Assembly (NCBI GenBank): GCA_973895155.1
Contig: OZ316891.1
Span: forward strand, 20,410,169-20,474,168
Origin: Marsupella aquatica
Taxonomy: Eukaryota > Plantae > Marchantiophyta
Reading direction: 5' to 3'
Length of the DNA stretch: 64,000 nucleotides
The notes beneath the pieces were generated by a model, which did no database searches, was not told the origin of the DNA, and worked only from the letters and a program-made list of their open reading frames with translations. Shown in pieces: positions 46,434 through 60,245 of this stretch (the stretch's first letter is position 1; the number at the start of each line of letters is the position of its first letter). A program made the translations under genes and the position numbers.

Positions 46434-49400
46434 TATTGATACCTCAACAATGAGCAGGATAAGGTCAGAGATGAGCAAAGTGGGATGATAGCACGGCAGG
46501 GGGATACAATATCTGATCAGGCCGGTTTGGTTCGGGTTTATTCTGCCCCAATAAAGTTGTTCCCCGTTCCCCCCCCCACAAAAAAAAGAATTTTAAATTT
46601 TAAAAATTTTAAAAAAAATGAACAGGCCAGTGGGGGATGTTGGATGCCCGGGCAGAGGATGTGGCGATAGAATGGACTGGAGCAACGTGGGTTAGAGTTC
46701 ATCTATGCAGGTTACACCCAGTGCAGGCCCCCGGGCAGATTGGACAGGTTAAGGTGAGCAAAAAGTGACATTAGAAGATGCAAAGAGTATTTATTTCCCT
46801 ATCTAATTTTCTTCTATTCTGAATGTTAGATCTCGCCTATTTTTAAGGATAACTATTTCATCAAGGACCATATTCTGGCTAATGGGGTCCATGCCTGGCT
46901 AGGTGTGGAAACAGACAGATTTTAGCCAAGCTTCTTTGCCACTATAAAACAGCTGATTGGCCCAAAACAAAGAAGCGGGCATCCCAGACACAAGGTCAGG
47001 AAACCAATCAAAAGAGCCTCAGAGTTGTTCATCGGGGACTTATACTCAGTTGATGACTAAATTTTCACAACTACATAGACAGCAGCAGTTTGACTTAGTA
47101 ATAAAATAGGGGGGATGAGATTATGGCACACTGGTCAGACCAGTTTACAAGTAAGAACTCACATCAGCAAGGCTGAGATCACAGTCCAGCTTGGTTGACA
47201 ACAATGCTACCTTAACTAACTGTAGTTTATATTTATATTTGACGTACAAAGAATATTTATTTTGTGTGAGCTCTCGAGTTCAGTGGGGGACTTCAGTAAT
47301 GGGTCCACATGTAGGAAACTAGAGAACAGAAAGTGGCCACTCATTATTTTTTATTACATTTAACTCAGTCGTCAATTACACAAGTGTATTTTGCTTTTAA
47401 ACATGTTGCATACGCTACTCACATCACATATCAAATATCAAATATCAAATCATAAAAGTTCAAAACATCTTTGACCAGAATGCACTCGAAGAAAAGATTT
47501 GACAGGAAATTGTTTAATTTGAACATATGATGGAGAAGACCATCCAGTACGCCAGAGCGTTTCATTAGTTAAAACAAATGAGTCTAGGTGCAGAAAATAG
47601 AGGACATCAAGACTCTGAAGAGACGTATTGTCCTCATCTTTAGAATTCCCCATGCACGTACGATCACAGCTCCATGAATTAAGAGGACCTGTGCCTCTCC
47701 ACAAAGTGAACTATGGTGGTCAAAATCAAGGTGGTTGCATCTCCTGTGGGACACAATGGTCCACCCAGCAAAGCCTCAGCTCCAGCAAATACAAGGGAGC
47801 CGCGTTGCACCATAGCAGCATCCTGTGCATGTCAATTGTCCACTTTTCTTGGCTGATACAGGACCCTCGCATGGGGAAGGATACTTCCTTGTTAGCAAAG
47901 GAGGCTATTCTTTAGTTATTTTTTAATTTTTAAGATAGGATACCAAGCCTGAGTGACAAGGCTGTGCAGTGGACAAAGGGGACGATTTGATTTGAGGACA
48001 CATGAAGCCAAGAATGCCGGCCAGAGGCTCAAGAAACCAAATCTGAAGCCAGCACACACATAGAACAAGCTGGTACAATCCTGAGGGGTGAGGATCAACT
48101 ATGGTCACCAGGTCTGCACAGGAGAAAAAGTCTACTTTAAACTTTTCTGAATGATCATCTGACGGGAGGGAATGATTCTTGTTTATTTGGGGGGGTGGGG
48201 GCAAATGCACCTTTCTGCATGTGAGAACTTTGAGTCGTAGACTCCTTCCCTAGTCCACAAATGAATAGAGTCTGGCATTGGGCAATATATAGAATGGACC
48301 AATTCTGCTTACCAGAAGGACTGTAGGTATTGGATGTAAAGTTTGATTTGGGGCTCAGCTACAGTAGGCTGGTGGTTTGTGGGACCCATGAGGACTGGCA
48401 TTCTTATGTACATCGGACCAAACTGTGCACTCCCAATTTATTTATTTGCCTCAGACTGAGTTCTAAGTTCTGTAATATATAACTGAACTTTGGCTTGGAG
48501 CTTATCTGAGCTGGTGGTTTGTGGGGCCAAGAAGACTATATTGCGAGACATTGGGTCCTTTTCTTCCCTTTTTCTATCTTCCCTTGGTCTTATGGTACAA
48601 AACCTGTGCACTGCCAATGAAAGTAGTTCTCTTAGAAAACTGTTATATTCACCCCCTCCCCCTAGTTTCACTATATTCACCCCAACTCACTAAAATCACC
48701 TATGCCACTTTGATGATATGTCAAAATCTTGAAAATCGATGACAGGTATGCATCCAGTGGCTAACCTGGTTTTGGGGTGTATGTAATAAATCCATGGGGT
48801 GGATTCACACCCCCATTTTTTCTGGTTTCCCATATCCACAGTCTGGGGCAAGTTTCCTCAAATTTCCTTACATGACATTTCCCTGGAAACTTTGTATCCC
48901 CAGAGAGCATCTTGCGGGCTGAGACTGTCAACATGGTCATCTGGGGTAATGGATCTGGGGTAATGGATCCATGGAAAGTCATTTATAGGACTATCATGCT
49001 GCCTGCTAGTTGACGCCCGAGCCTTGGGCACACAATATCAAGATAATCACCAAAAGACCAGGACTCTTAACTGGCTTATCAGCTTATTCATCCAGCCAGT
49101 TAAGAGTACTGTGGTGTGGGGAGGTGGAAACTTCCTAGAGAGAAATCACTTTTACACAAACTCCACCCAAAGGTGGGGTTCAGACTAAGCTCTTTGCACT
49201 TAGACTAAATATGATAATTGCTTAGTTGTAGTGGTTAGGAGACTAGTTAGGCCAGGCAGTGGACACTCTGCATGCCATAAATGACTTTCCAAGGAGTAGC
49301 CTCACTGACTCCTCTCTCATGGCCATGAAAATTGAGAATAAGAAAGTGCCATATAGCATACTCATCCCTGGAACATGAAAAGTTATTTTGTACTCTAGCA

Positions 49401-50657
49401 AAAAGTTTAAGTTTAAAAGTTTAAGTTTTTTAGTGAAATACAGGTGATCTAATTTTTTGTGGCAAACATAAATAGGACATTGATTAGGAAGCCTGATATT
49501 GAAAAGTTGTGCACATAAGGTACAAGAGTAAAAATACACATGTAAAGAAAAGTAATAATGAACAGGAAAAATTTAAGTCTATGGTATTGGGTTATGCTCA
49601 TATTATACACAAGTAAAGATACTTATCTTAACTAATGACACTCAAATGAATTAAAACCATAAATTCAGGACACAAAACCATGAGTAGAACTTAAAGACAG
49701 GAGGTGTGCACTTTAATTAGATCATTTTTTCTTCACTAATCATAATAAGGACTAGAACTTCAGTGAGCTTTGTTAAAGGGTGGATGATCAAAAGTCTTTG
49801 TAAAAGGGTGGATGATCAAAAGTATAGCAAAGATTGAAAAATTTAGAGGGGTGCCAGACTAAATTCAAAATCTAAAGTATACAAGGGATGCACCTTGGGA
49901 AGACACATTGAATTAAAATACACAAGAAAAGAAGTTTGAATAAGACAAAATATTGGAAGATGGATTCACCATATCATTCTTAAATAGACCATACAGATAC
50001 TCCAATGGCGAGTAATGCTGACGGAAATGAACCACACATTTCAAAGCGGCAGTCAATTGCACAGTAGGGGGTTTAGGTGACCCCTTACTGCTGTGACCTC
50101 ACGGTGCTCAATCTGACCTGGTTGGCAAGGAAGGCCTCCCACCTAATATACCTCTAAACATTGGGTTTGACATGATAAAGCGGGGCAGAAAAAGCACTAA
50201 TGTTTTGCAAACCAGTTGGCTTTCTTGTGCACCGTAATGAGTGACGGAGTATATGATTCATGAGAGACAGCTAAGGCCTAAGGAGCTACCACTCTCGACT
50301 GCGAGTGTCTACTACTTACGCTCACCGTATGATGAAGAGAGTCACTACTCAATCCATCACCACACTCAGAAGGACGAGTATCTCCCGTCCTGGTATCATC
50401 GTATAATGAGAGCATGCTATAATCCGTGTTTACCGCGCGTGTGGATAGATTATAGTTAAAGATTGCAGGCATTCAAAGGCATGTGTACAGTTACGCGAAA
50501 GATACTTGCACGATTCTCCAATTTCGTGCTTCACAGGAATTACAGGAATCAGAATTGTGGCAGCGAGCCCACGGGCAGTCGAGTTGGGTGGGCAGATCTA
50601 CTCCTCGTGTACTGTAGGTGGCAGTAGCTACGGAGTTACTGGGATTCGACGCTCTAT

Positions 50658-50867
50658 TCAAAGAGAGCTGGTACAGTGATTGGAGTAAAAGGGAGGGGAG
50701 GAAGAAGCACATGATCGATCATCAGCAGGCACCGGCCACTGGGCGTGGGCGGAACATGGATACCCACGATATGGCATAGCACACCCCACAGCGCAAATCG
50801 AACAGAGATTGGAATCATGAAAACCTGCCTTCCTGCCTTCTATGCCCCTGCCACTTGTACCGGACAT
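50658..50867 (-). CDS. Candidate small ORF (69 aa, 6 Cys) in a spliced minus-strand transcript; may instead be a lncRNA
   Basis: Pyrimidine-rich TSS-like tract at about 52945-52990, donor GAG|GTACAC at 52929, acceptor TTACAG|G at 51185, then 317 nt without ATG before this start codon. No recognisable family. Confidence 0.3.
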   Translation of the reverse strand: MSGTSGRGIEGRKAGFHDSNLCSICAVGCAMPYRGYPCSAHAQWPVPADDRSCASSSPPFYSNHCTSSL

Positions 50868-53563
50868 TCTGGGAAAGCAGCAGCAGCGGTGTGTATTGTT
50901 TGCTTGACCTCGCTTCTATGGTACCGACTGCTTCTTCGTCTTGTCCTGGCGTCGGTCGGCCTTTCGTCCGTTGTCAGACTGATAATGGGCAAAATATAGG
51001 GGCGTCGTGTATGGAAAGAAATATCACCCTGTCGGGGGACGACAGATTACAGTACTGCTCGTATAATTCTATCCCTATTGAGGAAGCTCGGTCTAGTGGT
51101 CTAGAGAAGTGATCGAGTGAGTGGAGGACAAGGAAGGAAAAGTATTGGCGTTAGACACCGCCGTAGTGCACCAGTGCCCCTTTCCTGTAAGAGATCATGG
51201 ATGATTGTATTTATTGCAGTCAGAAAGTCTAGATTGGCTTCAGAATTTCGGCTCTGAACGAAAATAAAATATCTTTTCCGGCGAAATCTCAGCGCTCGTG
51301 AAAGCTGGGTAAATTCATTCTAGAATCGTTTCTCTTCTATCGTGTATCTCATGTCACGGTCTCCCCAGAGGATTCCTAAATTCCTTCGAATGAAAATCAA
51401 ATGTGCTCTGTAACTCGTGGCTGGTAACTCATAACTACTGTACAGCAGGCACCTCATTAATTCGATCCAGTCACGCTTGCCAGCATTCGCTTTGGCTTCC
51501 TCTTCGTGTCTGTAGAGGTTCAGGACAGTACAGTGTGTGTCAAACAAGGTCCAAATCTGCTGATAAGGCTAGTTCCATAGGTGTCGTGTGGAGAGGCAGG
51601 CAGGCTCTCGATGAACTCGTATTATTAAGGCTGTTGCCAAACAAATATCATGGTCCCAGACTCTCAAAAGCATCTTTAGACTCGGTGAAGACTTCTGGCT
51701 CTCTTGGCAGACTCGACCTGAAAACGAGTGACAAGCGTCTGCATCTCAATGACCAATTCTCAGTGCATCTTAAGTGCAGAATGATGCTTCAATGCAGAGT
51801 TCTACGGACTAAACACACTTCTCGTAATGCATCCCAAGATGGCTTCTACCTTTACCAAGTCCCTCCGATGATGGTGTTTCCGAGGTGTACAATTGCAGAA
51901 AGGAATCGGTAATTGACCGAATTGCGATTGCTGTGACTGATACTTTGCCAAACCTTCGCAATGCTTGTGGCTTCTGCTTTATTCCTGAGCTCGGGTTTCT
52001 TGGCTTGTCCATGTTTGCAGGTGCAGAATGGGGGACGCAACACAATAGTAGCCAGCAGCTTTTCAGTTTTATTTAGTCTGATTCTAGTTAATATATTGAA
52101 ACCAAAATGAAGCAGTTGCAGGCTGTCAGGCTGTACGTCTGAGAAGTGGTGTGCCTCCGATTTCGATTGACGAGTGCAGCAGTGGAAGCGTTCAATTGCT
52201 TGAGCACGATCAGGAAGAATGCTTCTCGTTGCGTATCTATCTCCCAGAAGGGACTGATACGTCGTCCGAGGTAGCAGAGAAAAAGAGAAGTTTTATTCCC
52301 CAAATCCACATAAATGTATGAAAAGCCACATGAGCATTTTCGAAAATCATGGGCAATCAACTCTTGTCGGGACTGTTTGCCACTTTACCGTGTCGAATTG
52401 TCGCGCAGCTGGACGGAGCAGACCGATAGCAACTACAAAGGGAAAGATTATGGACTCAATTGCATGGCTGCCGCAAACGTTTATCCGCCGGGAGGATGAA
52501 CAAATTCTTCCTACCAGCGAGTCGTCCGTCCTTTCCGAATTATAGAATCATACAAATCTCGGGAAATCAACCGGACACTCATTGTCTCATTCTCTTCGCA
52601 CACTTTCCTCATGTTTGTTGATGTGATAGTTCCTGCGTTGTTGTTAAGCACCCAAACCAAGTTCCGGCCCTTCTAACCGAATCCCGGGCCCACTACTGCT
52701 AGCAAAAAAGTTCCTCATTCCTACTGTTCAGTAGTCTATCCAACACGACAGGCTGCCGGTATCTTCAATTAACACTCTAAACCTCGGGGATTCTGTCCCG
52801 AGCCGATCAATCCTGGCGGTTATGGAGCCCCTCAGCTCAGCTCAGCTCAGCTCAGCTCACTCACCAGCTGCCCCGGATCGATTGTCATGACTGTGCGGAG
52901 ACCCGAGGCCGATTCTAGTACTTGTGTACCTCGGAAATAGTGACAAGAGCGAGAGAGAGAGGAGGGGGGGGGGGGGGGCTGGGGGGAAGTTTGTAAGATT
53001 ACAGACTGATGATTGAAGGAGAAAGGCGGATTTTCACTTAGACCGTTAGGTAGTGCAAAGAATAAATAAGTACTGAAAACTTGAGTCGATGGGACAAAAT
53101 TTTAAGTGGTGTTTGGGAAACTTTTGAGAAAGCGTTTTCTAATCCTTTTGCTGTAAGCATTGCTTTTGAAGTAAATCTAGGAAACTGGGAGAAAATATTT
53201 AGTGCATTGGGCTACCATTTGAAGAGATAAAATAACTTACCCTTACAGTTACATTACAAGTACTGTAAGGCCATCCCAATTCGAGCAGGACATCCGTGAA
53301 ATAAATTTAGTTCCATTTTAGCACATAATGCAATAGCCAGAATATTAGTGTCCAGCCTGTTTTAATTTTAATTACATTGCATACACTGCAAAGTCACTCT
53401 TTACACCAGGATGCTTGACACCCCCTCCCGCGCTATTAACTCCTGTGAGAAACTTGTCTGTCATTTTATTTGAGGGTTTACTCACCATTGGAGTCTCTAG
53501 ACAGCACAAAAGAAACATTCGTCTTCTCAACTTTCACAACTATTGATCAGTACGTGCACCCCA

Positions 53564-53861
53564 CAACTACACAGAGTAGTGTCATGCACTTATCCAGTTT
53601 ATCATGCAAGACAAGGGCTAGGGGTGAGACTAATCCAGCACAGGCGACCTCACAACACATATGCAGAAGTGCTTAAAGATCTCCAATGCCCTTATAGCAT
53701 AGTGCATACCACGCATAATTGGGGAGAAGCATAAACTGTTTCCTATGCACTTATAGCATAGTGAGTGAAGTGCTATTTCCTTTGCAAGTTTCTACTGAGG
53801 CACTTATAGCATAAACAAATGGATAGCATAAGTGCATGTCAGCCCTTCTTCTCTGGTGGTG
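53564..53861. mobile_element. CACTA-derived non-autonomous element
   Basis: Left end CAACTACACAGAG...CATGCACTTAT and right end ATAAGTGCATG...TTCTCTGGTGGTG, with subterminal repeats CTTATAGCATA (three copies). Confidence 0.5.
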
Positions 53862-53870
53862 GAAGACTAA

Positions 53871-54490
53871 AAGCATCTCCAACCCTTACTGGAAAACCTT
53901 ACTTGTAACTGGGTGTTGACCAAACCCTATAACCAAATGCAAAAGTCAAGTCCAACCCATTTGCTTTAACCAGTGTCTGATTTGGTAACTGGGTCCATGT
54001 GTGTCAGACAAGATACAATTTTGATTTTCTATGGGGTTGGTTTTGAAGATTTTAATATGGTGAAGCAGATTTCGAATGTGGGGCAAAAGTATCCACTAGA
54101 CGTTGGGACTGAGTTTCATTTGACCATGAGTTTCATTTGACATTGACTCCTACTTACAGTAATCCACAGAAAAGGTGTTGTCAGACTGGGTACTTACTCC
54201 TTACAGTAACCCAACCCTACAGTAACCCAACCAAGAGTGTTGTCAGACTGGATACTTACTCACTTTGTACTTAATCCTTACAATACCCAAATCCAGGGTG
54301 TGATCAGAGTGTATTTACTCACTGTGTACCTTACTCAAACCCAGGGTGTGACCAGACTCCAAGTCCAGGGTGTGATCAGAGGGTATTTACTCCCTGTGTA
54401 CTTACTCCTTACAGTAACCAAACCCAGGGTGTCATTGACTGTGTACTTACTGGTTATAGTAAGCAACGCCAGTAAACTTTGGAGATGGTC
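53871..54490. mobile_element. Tourist-like MITE with internal tandem repeats
   Basis: TAA|AAGCATCTCCAA ... TTGGAGATGGTC|TTA (Tourist-type TIR with TWA flanks). Internal repeats CCAGGGTGTGA.CAGA and TACTTACTCCTTACAGTAACC at 54170-54460. Confidence 0.65.
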
Positions 54491-56039
54491 TTATACCCTG
54501 TAGACTGTACCATACTACCATCCTACCCTTCTGATGCTGCAAACATGCCCCTGCACAGTTTTGCAGATCAGAGGTCGTCACTTGGGCCATACTGCACCTC
54601 TGTGGAATAGCAGAGCCTACATGTAGAAAAGCCTGTGATTTCTGGCTTTGCAGTAGACTCACCAGACTACTACTACAACGAACAGTAACATGATCATGAT
54701 GACAAGACCCAAAATAGTTCTACAGTAGCTTATTTGGTAAAGTCCATGTCAAAATATGTCAAACGACCCAAAACCGGCGCTTGGGGCCTCTCTTGGGACG
54801 GGAGAGGCATGAGTACAGTGAATGAATTGAGCTCGTTCATCTGAAATTCGGATGGATATCTGAATCGGAAGGAGCGTAAGTGAAGTGGACAGATTGCAGC
54901 AGTTACCCAAAAAACAACAAGGGCGAAGCGCAACAACTTCAACGCAATGACGGCGCGACGTGCGAAATGGTTAAATTCCCACAGAGATGTGCAGCAGCAG
55001 AAACAATTCTTTAGGCAAGGCAGCCTAGGGAAAGCAAGTAGCACGCCAGGCCAGCAGCACCGATCACGTGGAGAAGCGCCCACACACACGACGCTTTATT
55101 AGTGAACATGGACGAAGGGAAGATTGATTATCGCGCAAATGGGCACTGTATAATCGTGCAATGATTCAATGAATGCGGGCATGCTGCTACAGTTCTGCAA
55201 ATCTGCCCTCGCTTTCTTCTTTTGTTTGGTTTTCCATCATTCTCTCTTCCTGCGCTTTCTAATTCTGAGGGAATAAGTGGAAACAGGTGTTGACAGACTG
55301 GGTACGTACTTCTCGAAGATATTTAGATGTTTTACCCCTTATAGTAACCAAATCTAACCACATCTAGTAACCTTTTGAGATACACTTAGTCAAACTTTCC
55401 TAGTTTAAACTCTGGATTATATTTAGTTCATTAAATTTTAATATTAATGCTTTGGTGCACTTGCTGCTAATCACTTTACCCAGTTCATGGGGATTGGCAC
55501 GTACAATGTCTATATGGGGATGGGCACGTACAATCTCCATTTAGATCGGGGATTTAATTCATAGGAACAAATTTTATATATCAATGAAAGCCCGGAACAA
55601 AAAAAATTGGCCAACCCATAAAACTGAAGTGAGCCTGAGAGAGACTCGAGCACCGAACACACTAGGAGTAGAGCTAATTTCAAATTTTAACAACGAGAGT
55701 AATAAGCTTGGATTTGATTTATATCCAGCCTAATGACTAAGATACGATTCCATCAGTCTTCGTATGAATGTTATCCTGATTTACATGCATGTTTTCATAA
55801 ACTCAATGGAAACTTATAATCTTATTAGGGCATGAGACTTGAAACTAAAATCCCACTTGAATTCATAAGTTCCTTGGAATTATTTTTCTCCCTTGGAAAA
55901 TTCATAACTTCAAACAAGGCTATATAAGTCCAATAATAAGATAGTTTTATCAAGAAATGTTAGCACCAGAAATTTGTGCCCAATAGTTCATCTGGGATTT
56001 GTGGCACTTTGGGTGATTCCCCTAAAATGAAATTTTGAT

Positions 56040-56540
56040 CTTTAAATCCCATGAAATCTCCCAGTTGTCTTGGGATAAGCATCCCTAGTTTGATCTTGTT
56101 TCATCAGATTTTGAAAATGGACACGTGTAGCTTAAAGGAGCATGGCTCTAGCAGTTTTCAAACTCTCCTTCTACTATCATTTGAACGTAGAGATCATCTT
56201 CTGAGGTTGAAGTGCCTGGCCAGTGTCAAACTGAGATTGGATGGATGACATTTTGAAACATATCTTAGGGTCCTTCCCCTGGATCATGAGATGCCTGCTC
56301 CAAGATGGCTGAGTATGACTTGGGCTTTCTTCATTGTCACTCAGTGATGCTTGTAGATTTTCCAGGTCATTTTTCTAGGCCTGACTGGCTTTTTTCCTCT
56401 TCGTTCCACTTTCAGGTTTGTTTTCTCTCTACTGTTTATCTTGACCCCTCAGATTTGTTTCCTCTTTGTTTGACTGGTCTTGGGTTTGTTTTCCCTTTGC
56501 TCCTCTCATCTTTGGATAGGTTGTCTATTGCATACATTTG
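56040..56540 (+). mobile_element. Degenerate non-LTR retroelement fragment
   Basis: RDHLLRLKCLAS..., then in a shifted frame DWM...G*V*LGLS (consistent with CGA>TGA decay of an RxRLG motif), followed by a T-rich tail. Confidence 0.3.
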
Positions 56541-57890
56541 ACACAGTGTCATTGTTCTTCTTGACGAGAATAATAAGAAAAATAATAAAGTGAGTATCAA
56601 ATTGTAGCAATGGCATCGCAATATGATGTGAGATTGAGAACAACTTTTATGATCTGAGCAGGAGCTGAAGGGACGTTTTGACTACGACCAACTTACACAT
56701 AAGCACCTCAAGCCCATCAAACTGTATTCAGGAATGCGTACCGAATCACAGACTCTCGGATTCTATTGGATTGGATTTCCATCGGTAATGAACATACTCG
56801 TTAACAGTGAGTCTTGTCTGCTTATTTCCAAACTGAGAGCCGCAGTTATTTCTTCTTCGACTATGGAAACGCTGTGATTGGATGTTGTTAATCAATTTGC
56901 CCGTGATCTTGAACGTCACTGGAGTTAAAGCAATTAAAAACTGCTTCCTCGGAAAATCAGTCGCAAAATCCAGGAAAATGCTTTGATGCTGTAATGAAAG
57001 ATCATTTCCCAGTCTCGTCCGTTCTCCCAAAATAATTCCCATCGTCATTTTCAGGTTTGAGCAAATCCACTCCCTTATGACGGTCTCCTGTTTGTATTAC
57101 TCTTCCGATAATAACTGGAACTTGATTGGGAGCAACGAAAATCAAAGACAACAGAAGCTACAGTAATATGTCTTGAAAGCCAAACTGACGCAACTACGTG
57201 AATGACCGACAGACCGATGACCGTTCTACTTCTGTAAAGGTAAACAGTTTGGAGCCCAGCAATCCCTCCCGACCATCGATTCTCAGTCAGCGTTCAGCAA
57301 TGCCTGTGAAACACTGTAACCGATCATGCGGAAGCAGTAACATGAGCAGCGTCAATCTCGTCGTTGTTGTTGTTTTGGACTCTTAAAAAATCCATCCCTT
57401 CATTCCAAAAGTGCACATTCAGCATGAACAGTAATCAGTTCACAGAGAGGACCCTGAACTCCTTTTTGACCGGATCTCGTCGTGCCATCCATATCCCTTG
57501 TCATCGTCGTCTGTCAGCTTTGAATTTCGAGACCCAAAAGCAGGAAACCGACCCACCAAAAAAACGATAACGTACTCTTCTTCGGTATAGTCGGCGATTG
57601 TCGGCAATCACAAAAGGTGCGCAGCTATGGTCTCCACATCTAGAGTAGTGAGGTACGTTTATTTCTTTATAGCACGACACCATTTGAAGCGCTGGTTTAG
57701 TGGTTTAGGAGAGGATGTTCGCCGTACCTGGGAGCACTGTTTTAGAGGGCGCCACCTTACTCTGACGATCACATGGTGCCGCCGCCAGTTTAGCAAGAAG
57801 CTGGGGTCGCTAGATGACGTCCGAGTAGTCGGTTCTTTGCCGGTAAGGACTCCGCCGGCGGGAATTATTCCATGCCCATCTTTCGGAATA

Positions 57891-58591
57891 GGGGTCTCAA
57901 ACCGGATCCCAGTTTTTGAGGGGTGTCCCTAGAGTGAGAAGTGTCTCAAATGAGAGTACGCTGGCCGGGTCACCGGACATTAGGGCGTGTCAAAACAGGG
58001 CCGTAAGCCGAGGAAGGCCACGGACAGAAGTGTCTCTGGAATGAGTCAGGTCTGTGTATATTAGGGGGTGTCAAAACAGGAGCAAAAGGTATGGCCAAGG
58101 ACATAAACTGTTTTTGTAGCAAGCACAAAAACAATTATGGGCTCCAGTGTACATTAGAGGGTGTCAAAACAGGGGCAAAAGGTATGGCCAAGGACATAAA
58201 CTGGTTTTTCTAGCAAGCACAAAAAAACATAATGGGCTACATAAATACAGGTCCTCTAACATCAGACTTCCAGAATATCATAGGCATACAACTTTGTGTG
58301 TGGCAGTGCTTTGACACACCCTAATGAGGAGTCTCAAAGCTCAATAGTTACACATGATGGCTTATGGCCATAAACAAATGGTCATAGCTCTTTTACAAGG
58401 TTAGGTAAAAGTTTCTTTGTTTCTTTTTCACTAGCCTTTAAAGCGACTTACATGAATTTACATGTCATATGACCAATCTTTACAGCAAAAAGTTATCAGT
58501 GGTGAATTTGGTAGTGAGTAACTTTTTATGTTAGTTTCTGCAACCTTAACTATTGAGTTAAGGTCCATCAAACTTTGAGGTTTGAGACCCC
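57891..58591. mobile_element. Harbinger-like MITE (701 bp) with nested related ends
   Basis: Perfect 13-bp TIR GGGGTCTCAAACC / GGTTTGAGACCCC flanked by ATA on both sides (3-bp TSD). Inside are three GG.GTGTCAAAACAGG left ends (about 57983, 58064, 58158) and one TTTGACACACCC right end (58310-58321). Confidence 0.75.
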
Positions 58592-59603
58592 ATATTGGAA
58601 ACTAGCATTGGTGGGTTATTTGCTTTCACTTGGGTAGCAAACCCATATGTGTGAAAACCCCATCAACTGGTCATTGCTTAATAGTGACTAAATGTGCGGT
58701 CTCAAGTGTGGATCGCATAACACTTCACCCTAAACCACTGCATGAGCCAAAATTGTTGCCCCATGCATTCTCAATCGCCACCCTGACAGCAGAGTCTCAA
58801 CTTCTGCAAAAAGGAGGGGCAGATTTCAGATAATATAAACTCTTCCATGCCTTGCTCTTTGTACTTCCATGGATGGTTACAAGATTTCAAACCTCACCTA
58901 GCCACCTCAAGCATTATACAATCCGGGCGGCATTTCCAGGAAAAAAATAGTGCAAAACTACACTCAAGGGTTACGTGTGTTAACTCATGCCCACTCGCAG
59001 GCCATGAGTTACCCTACACCTAGTCACACGAGATAAAATCCGGGCAGCGGGCAGTCGGGCATCAAACCACAGAACAGGAAGATATGGAAACCCGGTTCTC
59101 ATCCTGCCCGCCGGTAAAAACGCGAAGTCGCAAATGAAAATGGAGTGCTTCACAGTTCACATCCTGCCCGTGGGGAATAGTGGGAAAACAGTGGACGACT
59201 GGTCGCTAACCGGCCACGGGCAGATGAATCGAAAACGGGATCTCATCCTTCCCGCCGGCAAAACAAGTCGACAAACTAGCGACGCCTCATCCTGTTCCGC
59301 GGGCAGGGCAAAAGCGGGCATAGAAAGTGAAACGGATTCTCGCAGAATGAGGATCCGCCACGTGGAAGCCGGGCAGCAGACGGAGATGTTTGCGCGGGAG
59401 TTTTCGTTGATATGGCGGCCAACGAGTGGTGGCATTTGGGTCACTTTGTTGTCAGTTTGCGTCAGTACTGTACCGGTACTCTGCTTGTAGCAACTCGTGG
59501 TCTAAAGAGCAAGATTAGGCCACGCGTGGGAATTTCTGTGCTGTTACTCCTTCTTTGGCTCTTATCAATAAATTGGCCCGCTTTTACGCATTGACCCCTA
59601 ATT

Positions 59604-60245
59604 GCCCCCCATGATTTCCTCACTTTGTAGTTTCCAGTGCATTCTTGGATAGTTGGATGTGATCACTCGCCTCATTGCCAGCCTAATTGCTAACTCCCAT
59701 ATAGGTGGTCCTTGGTTGTCAAGTACTCAATTTCACAGATGGCACTAATAGATCTAGAGAGGATTTTCTGGAGAAACCTTCTCATTGGGCAGAGTTTATG
59801 GAATATGAAGTGAAGAAACAAGGGTAACAGCTAGAGACTTTACTGCCCTTGGAGTCCCATACTTTGAAATGAGATAGGGATATAAAAATGAAGAACTAAG
59901 GGCAAGGGGGGGAACTTTCCAGCCCTTGAAGTCCCTTAAACCCTAATACACCTTGACCCTTACCGCCCCCCATGATTTTTCCCTTTGTAGTTTCCAGTGT
60001 ATTCTTCGAGGTGATCCAAATTTTCTTGCCTCATGGCTCGATCTCACAATTCCCCTCATTGCCAGCTTAAATAATTCTTAACTTCCATGTGGGGGGGGCT
60101 TAGTTTCTAGATCCTCAACTTCACAGATGGCACTCAAATATTGAGATTTTGTGGAGAAACCTCCTTGCTAGGCAGGGCTTATGGTATAGAAAGTGAAGAA
60201 CCAAGGGCAAGGCCGACACTTGCAGTCCTGTACTTTGAAATGAGA
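59604..60245. repeat. Diverged direct duplication, period ~361 bp
   Basis: GCCCCCCATGATTT...CTTTGTAGTTTCCAGTG, CCTCATTGCCAGC, TTCACAGATGGCACT, TGGAGAAACCT and TACTTTGAAATGAGA are each present twice (copies start at 59604 and 59965). Confidence 0.85.

Noticed and set aside
51403-51912. 169-aa plus-strand ORF
   Set aside because: GTG start, no motif, and located antisense within a putative intron.
54730-55089. 119-aa Cys-rich minus-strand ORF
   Set aside because: GTG start; the Cys run comes from a (CAG)n repeat and no family is recognisable. More likely regulatory DNA.
57630-57745. USE-like TCCACATC plus TATA with Pol III-like spacing, and telomere-like GGTTTAGTGGTTTAGG (telomerase RNA, snRNA or tRNA?)
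   Set aside because: The USE is imperfect, the telomere-like motif is on the wrong strand for a template from that promoter, a TTTT follows within about 45 nt, and there is no U3/U6/MRP/tRNA structure.
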